The notes under the pieces were generated by a model. It made no database searches and was not told where the DNA came from. It saw nothing but the letters and a program-made list of their open reading frames with translations. A DNA stretch of 54,592 bases from positions 1 to 54,592 of the forward strand of contig CAWHEU010000028.1 in the NCBI GenBank assembly GCA_963828465.1, read 5' to 3'. Each line of letters starts with the position of its first letter. The first letter of the stretch is position 1. Made by a program: the position numbers and the translations under genes. Source of the stretch: an uncultured Acidobacteriota bacterium. GTDB taxonomy: Bacteria > Actinomycetota > Acidimicrobiia > Spongiisociales > ZC4RG35. Of this stretch, positions 47,030 to 54,592 are shown piece by piece.

Positions 47030-48162
47030 AAGCTCAACATCCACGAGCCCATCCCGATGGGCAAGACGAGCAAAGGCACCAGCCAGCCCACGTAGGGGAT
47101 CAGCCACAAGATCCCGGCCACGATCGATCCGGCGAGGACCGAGCCGTAGAGGCCCCGCTCGCCAGGCAACGCTCTGCCGAGGGCGAGGATGGCAGGCACG
47201 CCGGCCACCATTGAGAGCACCAACACGAGACCGGCGAGAGCAAGGATCAGGGGCACGAAGACAGCGAGCAATGGCAGGCTGGCCGAAGCAGGGACGAGGC
47301 CCGCGATCAGAGCTGCGATCCCGGCCACGATGAACGGGGAGAGAATGACGAGAGCGCCTCGCCCCAAGGCTCGCCACGGGTTGCTCCTCGCTCTCTCGCC
47401 GGCGGATTCGGTCCTACCCGGCCAGCCCCAGGCGACCAAGAGGGCGGCGCATGTCAGACCCAGGACCACCAGGAATCGGGCCAGCCACCCAAGGGCACGC
47501 ACGCGAATGTTGGGGGGCAGTGGCGTTTTGTGAGCGACAACACCCCCCACCGTGGCCTGGTCCATCCCTTCGGCCTCGGATGGAGAGCGATAGCCCAAAT
47601 CGCCTGCGACCTCGAGAGGTCCGGTGACGATGAGGCGATTCGCACTCACGTCGACATCTCCCCCGACGCTCCCTGCGAGCTCGAGGGTCCGTTGTGTGCC
47701 TTCGAGATCGGTCCCGATCGTTCCTGCTGCCACCAGCCTGAACGCCCACACCACGACGTCGCCATCGATCATGGATTCTGGGCTCAGCTCGGCCCGGACG
47801 GAGGCGCCGACCAGGTCTCCGCCTATCGAGCCGGAGATGGTGAGTCTGTTGGCAGTGAAACGGACCGACCCGGCCACCTCCCCACCGATCGTCACCGTCG
47901 GTGCCACTGCCTGCACATTGCCCGTGACCTGGCCCGAGATGACAACCTCTTCGGCGGCGAATGCGATCAGATCGCCTTCGATAGTCCCCTCCACCACGAC
48001 CCGGGAACCGACGGCGTAGAGATCTTCGGTGACGGTGTCCCCCTCCGGGATGATGACGATCTCGGATGCGGCTGTCTCCGCGGCGAGGGCCGGGCTGGTC
48101 CCGGCGAGGATGAAGATGCCCGCGATTCCGGCGCAGAGCGCCGACCTAGATAGGTAGTGCAT
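46933..48162 (-). CDS. Signal peptide + bactofilin-like beta-helix repeats + C-terminal TM bundle (polymer-forming cytoskeletal family-like)
   Basis: Repeats such as VVEGTIEGDL, ISGQVTGNV, IGGEVAGSV, ISGSIGGDL, AGTIGTDL, AGSVGGDV; C-term LIPYVGWL; start overlaps nuoN stop. Confidence 0.75.
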   Translation of the reverse strand: MHYLSRSALCAGIAGIFILAGTSPALAAETAASEIVIIPEGDTVTEDLYAVGSRVVVEGTIEGDLIAFAAEEVVISGQVTGNVQAVAPTVTIGGEVAGSVRFTANRLTISGSIGGDLVGASVRAELSPESMIDGDVVVWAFRLVAAGTIGTDLEGTQRTLELAGSVGGDVDVSANRLIVTGPLEVAGDLGYRSPSEAEGMDQATVGGVVAHKTPLPPNIRVRALGWLARFLVVLGLTCAALLVAWGWPGRTESAGERARSNPWRALGRGALVILSPFIVAGIAALIAGLVPASASLPLLAVFVPLILALAGLVLVLSMVAGVPAILALGRALPGERGLYGSVLAGSIVAGILWLIPYVGWLVPLLVLPIGMGSWMLSFQGREDTADDPSNSLTTGPPSGSGTTAKDPAT

Positions 48163-49610
48163 CAGCTGCCAGATCGAGAAGCGACGACGGGAATATGCCC
48201 CAGAGAATCGTCGCTCCGACAGCCAACGCCAACACCCATCGCTCAGGACCGACACGCAGAGGCTGCTCGTCGCCGGCGTCGTCCATGTACATGACGACGA
48301 TTACGCGGATGTAGAACGCAAACGCCACCACCGAGGCGATCACGGCCACGATCACCAGCCACTGGTAGCCCTGGGCCCATGCGTCGGTGAAGACCCCGAA
48401 CTTGGCCACGAAACCGGATGTGATGGGCAGACCGCCCATCCCGAGCAGGAGGATCGTGAAGGCGCCGGCCAGCAGCGGGCTTCGACGGCCCAGACCGCGG
48501 TACTCGTCCAGGCTGGAGCCGGCTCCGTCGGGCCCGCTCACCACCGCGACCACCGCGAACGCACCGACGAGCTGGATGGCATATATGGCCAGGTAGAACA
48601 GGACACCATCGGTCGGCGCCACCGACCACCCCCGTCATGATGAACCCGGCATGAGCCACCCCCGAGTAGGCGAGCAGACGGCGCACATCTCCCTGGACGA
48701 GGGCGAGCACCGACCCGAGAACCATGGACAGCACCGAAATGCCGGCCACGACCGGCAGCCAGGTGTCGGCGAGATCGGAGAACGCAGTCAGCAGGACGCG
48801 GGCAATGGCTGCGAATCCGGCGACCTTGGCCACCGCTGCCATGTAGCCCACCAGACCGGCCGGCGCTCCCTGGTACACGTCCGGCGCCCAGGTATGGAAC
48901 GGGGCAGCGGACACCTTGAACCCAAGACCCGCCACCACGAGGCCAATCCCGATGTAGATCACAGCCGGGCTGGCGATGACGAAGTCATTCAGGTGTTGTC
49001 GGATGCCGAGGATCTCGAACGAGCCCGTCCCGGCGTAGATGAGGGCGACGCCATAGATGAACACCGCCGACGCGAATGAGCCGAGCAGGAAATACTTGAT
49101 GGCGGCCTCTTCCGACTCGCGTCTCTCCCGGGCTAGCCCGGCCAGAACGTACAGGGCGATGGAGCCGACCTCGAGCCCGAGGAACAGCATCACCAGGTTG
49201 TTGGCAGCGACCATCAGCGAGAAGCCAGCCGTGGCCAGAAGGACGAGGGCGATGGCCTCGGCGCCCCGCCGACCCAGGCTCACGACAAAACGCCATCCGG
49301 CAGCCAGGCCGAGGCCTGTGGCTGCGATCAGGACGAAGCGAGAGAAAATGGCGAATCCGTCCATTGTGATCAACCCGGAGAACGCCACCAGGCTCTCGGT
49401 GTCACCCGAGGCCAGAGCATCGGCACCCTGCCCCCACTGCAGGATGGTCAACCCGGCGGCAACGGCCAGGATCGCCCCGACCAACCATCCGAGCACGCGA
49501 GGCGCAGGCTTCCACTGGACGTCGACGAGCAGCACCAGGGCTGCGCCGATGGCCAGTGCCAGATCGGGGGCGATGGCGATCCACGAGATCTCCGGCGGCG
49601 TGATCATCAC
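48146..49610 (-). CDS. nuoN: NADH-quinone oxidoreductase subunit N (operon 2), frameshifted near 48615
   Basis: EAAIKYFLLGS, FKVSAAPFHTWAPDVYQGAP, RLLAYSGVAHAG; continues after frame change as TDGVLFYLAIY...GMGGLPITSGFVAKF. Confidence 0.92.
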
Positions 49611-51133
49611 TCACCACCCGCTACGAACACGTCGCCGATCCGGCCTGGCTCCGGCATCGTGTAGTCGGTCTGCTCCACGATGCGGTCGAGGACCGCCTCC
49701 GTCGACGGAGTGATCTTGTCCAGGAGCAGCTTGGGGTAGAGCCCGATCACCACGATCAGGACCGTGATCGGAACGAGCAGTGCGATCTCACGTCCCGACA
49801 GGTCGGACAACACCGAGTTCTCCTCCTTGTCGGGGACGCCCGTGAACACTCGTTCGTAGGCCCACAGCAGGTAGATGGCGGCGAGCACCACCCCCAACGC
49901 CGCGATGACAGTGAAGCTGGGGAGGGCGGGATAGCTGCCGATCAGCACCAGAAACTCACCGACAAAGCCGTTGAGGCCTGGAAGCCCGATCGAGGCGAAG
50001 GTCATGAACAAGAAGAACCCGGCGAGAAGGGGAACCGACTTCTGCAAGCCACCGAAGTCGGCGATCTTCTTGGTGTGCCTCCGGTCGTAAATCATCCCGA
50101 CCAGGAGGAACAACGCGCCGGTGGTCAGGCCGTGGTTCACGTTTTGGATCACTGCCCCCTGCAACCCGCCCGAGGTCAGGGCGAAGGTGCCGAGCACGAT
50201 GAAACCAAGGTGGCTCACCGACGAATAGGCGACGAGTTTCTTCAGATCGGGTTGGACGATCGCCACCACCGCTCCGTAGATGATCCCGACGACGGCCAGG
50301 ATCGCCATGATCGGGATCGCATCGACCGACGCATCGGGGAACAGTGAGAGATTGAACCGGAGAAGACCGTAGGTGCCCAGCTTCAGGAGGACGGCCGCGA
50401 GCAGCACCGAACCTGCGGTGGGCGCTTCGACATGGGCGTCGGGTAGCCATGTGTGGAACGGGAAGAGAGGGACCTTGATGGCGAACGCGATGGCGAAGGC
50501 GGCGAAGAACATCCGCTCGGACCCGACGGAGAGCTCCAGCCCGGCCAGATCGGAGAGGGCGAACGATGCAGATCCTTCCTGGGATGCGTAGGTGAGGGCG
50601 AGGCCAATGATCGCCGCCAACATCAACGCCGAGCCGAAAGCGGTGTAGATGAAGAACTTGACCGCGGCGTAGATCCGCCGCTCGGTTCCCCAGATGCCGA
50701 TGATGAAGTACATCGGGATCAACATCGCCTCGAAGAAGACGAAGAAGAGGAAGAGGTCGAGGGCCAGGAAGGCGCCGATCATGCCGGCCTCGAGGAGCAG
50801 CGTGTACATCACGAACTCCTTGGTCCGGTTCGTGATCGTCGTCGATGCAGCCAGGGCAATCGGGACCAGCAGCGTGGTGAGGACAACCATCGGCAGCGAG
50901 ATCCCGTCGACGCCGAGATTCCAGGCGATTCCCCACGGCTCGTACCAGGGCACGTCGACGACGTACTGAAACCCAGCAGCCGGCTCAAAGACCCAGAACA
51001 GATATCCGGCCAGGGCCAACGGCATCACCGAGAGGGCGATGCCGAGGGGAAGATGGATCTCTCTCCGGCGCCCCGGGATCAGCGCCACGACGATGGCGGC
51101 CGCCACCGGGAGAAGGATGAGGGCGGTCAGCAT
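49607..51133 (-). CDS. nuoM: NADH-quinone oxidoreductase subunit M (operon 2)
   Basis: LGVDGISL, FFEAMLIPMYF, AIKVPLFPFHTWLPDAHVEAPT, KKLVAYSSVSHLG. Confidence 0.95.
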   Translation of the reverse strand: MLTALILLPVAAAIVVALIPGRRREIHLPLGIALSVMPLALAGYLFWVFEPAAGFQYVVDVPWYEPWGIAWNLGVDGISLPMVVLTTLLVPIALAASTTITNRTKEFVMYTLLLEAGMIGAFLALDLFLFFVFFEAMLIPMYFIIGIWGTERRIYAAVKFFIYTAFGSALMLAAIIGLALTYASQEGSASFALSDLAGLELSVGSERMFFAAFAIAFAIKVPLFPFHTWLPDAHVEAPTAGSVLLAAVLLKLGTYGLLRFNLSLFPDASVDAIPIMAILAVVGIIYGAVVAIVQPDLKKLVAYSSVSHLGFIVLGTFALTSGGLQGAVIQNVNHGLTTGALFLLVGMIYDRRHTKKIADFGGLQKSVPLLAGFFLFMTFASIGLPGLNGFVGEFLVLIGSYPALPSFTVIAALGVVLAAIYLLWAYERVFTGVPDKEENSVLSDLSGREIALLVPITVLIVVIGLYPKLLLDKITPSTEAVLDRIVEQTDYTMPEPGRIGDVFVAGGE

Positions 51134-51134
51134 C

Positions 51135-53018
51135 TCATGCCCCTGCCACCAGCCAGACCACGACTACCAGAGCACCGCCAAGGAACAGCACGCCGTAGTT
51201 GCGAACGAAACCGGTCTGGAGCGGCCGGGCCCAGTCGCCGGCGCCACGAACCAACCGACCCACACCGTTGACCGCGCCATCGACCACCTTGGCATCGACC
51301 GAGAAGGCGGCCGCCTCGGCCAGTCTCCGACCCGGGAGGACGAGAGTCCTCCCATAGAGATCGTCGACCCCGTAGGCCAGCTCCCAGGTCCCCCACAGCG
51401 GTTCGAACGACTCCTCGAACCGACGCCATCTCTCGGGAGGACGCCTGTAGGCGAGAACTCCTGCCCCGACGCCGACGACCGCGGCCAGGATGGACAGAGC
51501 GGCCAGTATCCCTAGCGTCAGCCAGTCGGTCGGTGCCTCCTGGATATGGACGCCTTCGAAACTGGGCTCCAGGAAATGCTCGAGACCGAGCCGGAACGGT
51601 GTGTTGACCAGGCCCCCGACCACGGAGAGGAAAGCCAGGGCGATGAGAGGCAGTGTCATCACCCGCGGCGACTCGTGCGGGTGTGCATCCTCCTGCCACC
51701 GCGGCTCCCCGTAGAAGACCAGGACCCAGAGCCGGGCGATGTAGAAAGCCGTGAGCAGCGCAGTGACCAGCCCGATGATCCACAGGACGTAGAACCACCC
51801 GCCCCTGGCGAAGTCCGCAGCCAGTATCTCGTCCTTGGACCAGAAGCCGGCCAGAGGTGGGATTCCGGCCAACGCCAGTGCGCCGATGGCCATGGTCGTG
51901 GCGGTCAGCGGCATCTTCCGCATGAGGCCGCCCATCCGGTGCATGTCCTGTTCGTCGCTCATGGCATGGATCACCGAGCCGGCGCCAAGGAAGAGCAATG
52001 CCTTGAAGAAGGCGTGGGTCATCAGATGGAAGACCCCGGCGACGTATGCCCTCGCCCCGACAGCGAGGAACATGAAGCCGAGTTGAGAGATCGTCGAGTA
52101 GGCGAGAACCTTCTTGATGTCACGTTGGGCCAAGGCGATCGAGGCGGCCCAGATCGCAGTCAGCGCACCCACGGATGCGACCACTGTCGAAGCAACCGGT
52201 GTGAACTCGTAGATCGGGGCGGAACGGGCGATGACATACACACCGGCCGTCACCATCGTCGCGGCATGGATCAGGGCGGAGACCGGGGTCGGGCCCTCCA
52301 TGGCATCGGGAAGCCAGACATACAGCGGGATCTGCGCCGACTTGCCGGCGGCGCCGACCAGGAAGAGCAACCCGATGGCGGTGGCCATGCCCCCTGTGAG
52401 CTCCTCACCGGCCCGCTCGAAGACACCTGCAAACGAGAGGGTGCCGAAGACGGTGAAGACCAGCATCAGGCCGATCATGAACCCGAAGTCGCCGATGCGG
52501 TTGACGATGAACGCTTTCTTGGCGGCGGCCGAGGCCGTCGTCCGGGTGTACCAGAACCCGATCAGCAGATACGAGCACAGCCCGACCAACTCCCACCCCA
52601 GGAACAACATGGCGTAGTTGCCGGCGAGCACCAGCGTGAGCATCGAGGCGGCGAAGAGGTTGAGATTGGTGAAGAACCGGTGGAAGCGCTCGTCACCATG
52701 CATGTAGCCGATGGCGAAGACATGGATCAACGTGCCGACACCGGTGACGATCAGCGCCATCAACGCGGCGAGCGGATCCCAGAGCAGCTCGAAGCTGGCC
52801 CCGATCGCCGGCATCCACTCCCAGAGAGAGATCGTCACCGGCTCAGCCCCGCCCTGGATGAAAGGCACCGCGGCGATGGCGGCCACGACGAATGCCCCGC
52901 CGATCGCGGCTGAGGCCATCCAGCCGCTCAGAGGCTCCTTGACGTATCTCCCGAAGAAATGGAGGAACACGGCCCCGGCCAGGGGAAGGGCGATGACGAG
53001 CCAGACGAAGTCAGCCAC
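51135..53018 (-). CDS. nuoL: NADH-quinone oxidoreductase subunit L (operon 2)
   Basis: [51 protein letters not shown]. Confidence 0.95.
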   Translation of the reverse strand: MADFVWLVIALPLAGAVFLHFFGRYVKEPLSGWMASAAIGGAFVVAAIAAVPFIQGGAEPVTISLWEWMPAIGASFELLWDPLAALMALIVTGVGTLIHVFAIGYMHGDERFHRFFTNLNLFAASMLTLVLAGNYAMLFLGWELVGLCSYLLIGFWYTRTTASAAAKKAFIVNRIGDFGFMIGLMLVFTVFGTLSFAGVFERAGEELTGGMATAIGLLFLVGAAGKSAQIPLYVWLPDAMEGPTPVSALIHAATMVTAGVYVIARSAPIYEFTPVASTVVASVGALTAIWAASIALAQRDIKKVLAYSTISQLGFMFLAVGARAYVAGVFHLMTHAFFKALLFLGAGSVIHAMSDEQDMHRMGGLMRKMPLTATTMAIGALALAGIPPLAGFWSKDEILAADFARGGWFYVLWIIGLVTALLTAFYIARLWVLVFYGEPRWQEDAHPHESPRVMTLPLIALAFLSVVGGLVNTPFRLGLEHFLEPSFEGVHIQEAPTDWLTLGILAALSILAAVVGVGAGVLAYRRPPERWRRFEESFEPLWGTWELAYGVDDLYGRTLVLPGRRLAEAAAFSVDAKVVDGAVNGVGRLVRGAGDWARPLQTGFVRNYGVLFLGGALVVVVWLVAGA

Positions 53019-53313
53019 GGAGCTCGCTCAACTCGTCAACGGACGCGGTAGCCCGTCGTCGGAAGATGGCGACGATGATCGCCAGCCCCACCACCACCTC
53101 CGCCGCCGCGACCACGAGGATGAAGAACACCGCAACCTGGCCGTTGAGGTCGTTCATGGCCCGACCCGCCGAGATCAGCGTCAGGTTGACCGCGTTGAGC
53201 ATCAGCTCGATGCACATGAACATGACCAGTGCATTGCGGCGCAGGAGCATGCCCAGGGCCCCGATCAGGAACAGCGCCGCAGCCAGAGCCATGTACCACC
53301 CAACGGGGACCAT
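53011..53313 (-). CDS. nuoK: NADH-quinone oxidoreductase subunit K (operon 2)
   Basis: [31 protein letters not shown]. Confidence 0.95.
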   Translation of the reverse strand: MVPVGWYMALAAALFLIGALGMLLRRNALVMFMCIELMLNAVNLTLISAGRAMNDLNGQVAVFFILVVAAAEVVVGLAIIVAIFRRRATASVDELSELRG

Positions 53314-53837
53314 CACGCCCGCTTTCTCTTGAACTGGGCCAGGACCACCGCACCCGCAGCGCCGATCGTCAAAAGGAGCGCGGTGGCCTCGAAAGCGAGC
53401 ACCCAATCGGTGAACAGCGGCTCGGCAACGGCCTGGATTGTCCCGTTGGTGGCCTCCGGATCGATCGAAGTGGCCGCGGCCGGAACCCAGACGAATTCCC
53501 CGAACAGAGCCATGCCCGCGGCGAACAAGATCACGGCACCGGCGAGGATCCCGACCCAGAGCCGCTGCCGGGGAAGTGGCTCGACCCGCTTCTCCTCCTT
53601 GTCCACCCCGATCAGCATGATCACGAACAGGAACAGGGTCATGACCGCACCGGCGTAGACGATCACCTGGACCGCCGCCACCAGGTGAGCGAGCTGCACG
53701 ACGTAGAGAATCGCGACCGAGAACAGCGTGCCCAGCAGCCCTACCGCCGAATAGATCGGGTTGCGGGCCAGCACCACGGTCACCGCCCCGGCAAGGGCGG
53801 CGAGGGCTGCGATCACGAAGATGACTGTTTCAACCAT
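53313..53837 (-). CDS. nuoJ: NADH-quinone oxidoreductase subunit J (operon 2)
   Basis: [36 protein letters not shown]. Confidence 0.93.
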   Translation of the reverse strand: MVETVIFVIAALAALAGAVTVVLARNPIYSAVGLLGTLFSVAILYVVQLAHLVAAVQVIVYAGAVMTLFLFVIMLIGVDKEEKRVEPLPRQRLWVGILAGAVILFAAGMALFGEFVWVPAAATSIDPEATNGTIQAVAEPLFTDWVLAFEATALLLTIGAAGAVVLAQFKRKRA

Positions 53838-54486
53838 CCTCTTCCCCTTCGCCTGTCCTGCGGTCCCGCTCCTCCTGCGAGGGCTCGGGTGACCAGTCGG
53901 CGGGGCCAGGGGTGCCCTGCCACATCTGCACGCCTTCGTATGCGGCCACACCGGCCGGCGCCGTCGCTCGCAACCAGCCATCGGCAGTGTCCAGCTCGTC
54001 GAGATCGGCCAATTCATCGTCGGGGAACATGTGCGGGACGTTCCCCCGCCGGTCCATCAGGAGGGTCTCTTTGGTGTAGATGGCGTCCTCACGCGTGGTG
54101 GTGGAGATCTCGAAGAGGCTGGTCATCGTGATCGCTTCCGTGGGGCAGGCCTCGACGCAGAGACCGCAGAAGATGCAGCGGAGCATGTTGATCTCGTACA
54201 CGTAACCGAACCGCTCGCCGGGGGAAGTCGGGTCCTCCGGATCGTTGTCCATCCCCCGCACATAGATGCACTGCGCCGGGCAGGCGCCGGCGCACAACTG
54301 ACAGCCGATGCACTTCTCCATCCCGTCGGGATAGCGGTTCAGCACATGACGCCCGTGGAAACGTTGCGGCTTGACCCTCATCTCGTGGGGGTACTCGGTG
54401 GTGACCAGCTCATCACCGGCGATGGTTCGGACCATCGTCCCGCCGGTGACGCGGAGACCCTTGATCAGCTCTTTGATGATGCCCAT
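53830..54486 (-). CDS. nuoI: NADH-quinone oxidoreductase subunit I (operon 2)
   Basis: RFHGRH.L.RYPDG.EKCIGCQLCAGACP and CIFCGLCVEACP. Confidence 0.95.
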   Translation of the reverse strand: MGIIKELIKGLRVTGGTMVRTIAGDELVTTEYPHEMRVKPQRFHGRHVLNRYPDGMEKCIGCQLCAGACPAQCIYVRGMDNDPEDPTSPGERFGYVYEINMLRCIFCGLCVEACPTEAITMTSLFEISTTTREDAIYTKETLLMDRRGNVPHMFPDDELADLDELDTADGWLRATAPAGVAAYEGVQMWQGTPGPADWSPEPSQEERDRRTGEGEEDG

Positions 54487-54592
54487 CACTGACTCCAGGG
54501 AGCGCCGAACTGGCGGAACGATATGACGAAGGCGGAGAGGACCAGCCAGGCGAGCGCACCGGGGATCAGCCGCTTCCATCCCAGCTGCATGA
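54486..54592 (-). CDS. nuoH: C-terminal end of NADH-quinone oxidoreductase subunit H (operon 2), truncated by window
   Basis: MQLGWKRLIPGALAWLVLSAFVISFRQFGAPWSQ*; TGATG overlap with nuoI start. Confidence 0.85.
   Translation of the reverse strand, partial: MQLGWKRLIPGALAWLVLSAFVISFRQFGAPWSQ

Noticed and set aside
1-54592. tRNA, rRNA, riboswitch, IS or prophage genes
   Set aside because: None recognised by eye; intergenic spaces are short. An Infernal/Rfam and tRNAscan run would be needed to exclude small RNAs

Overview
High-GC bacterial genomic DNA; gene content and style suggest an Actinomycetota (probably Acidimicrobiia) genome (inference). It looks like an unpolished long-read assembly, with at least three single/double-base frameshifts in conserved genes (guaA, an LCP gene, second nuoN). 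Left part: pcrA, a minimal histidine kinase, an apparently orphan CheA-REC hybrid kinase, guaA/GuaB3-type gene, trpS, a molybdopterin oxidoreductase-pentapeptide-repeat fusion, and LCP, Nudix, GNAT, serine hydrolase and DUF389 genes. A complete 11-subunit complex I-like operon (nuoABCDHIJKLMN, no nuoEFG) lies at 15.5-25.7 kb, and the distal half of a second, divergent nuo operon (H'IJKLMN) at 48.1-54.6 kb. Between them is a ~21 kb mostly plus-strand accessory block. It holds a stress cluster with three GGTTT-N16-GGG(T/A)A promoter-like motifs and an unannotated 53-aa metallothionein-like gene, an Fe(III) ABC transporter, a divergent pair encoding a TIR-X-CBS protein and a multi-TM protein with a TIR-like cytoplasmic domain (best candidate for an undescribed nucleotide-signalling/defence system), moaA, and a LacI-regulated sugar ABC + GH3 operon with visible operators. 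No tRNA, rRNA, CRISPR array or transposase was recognised.
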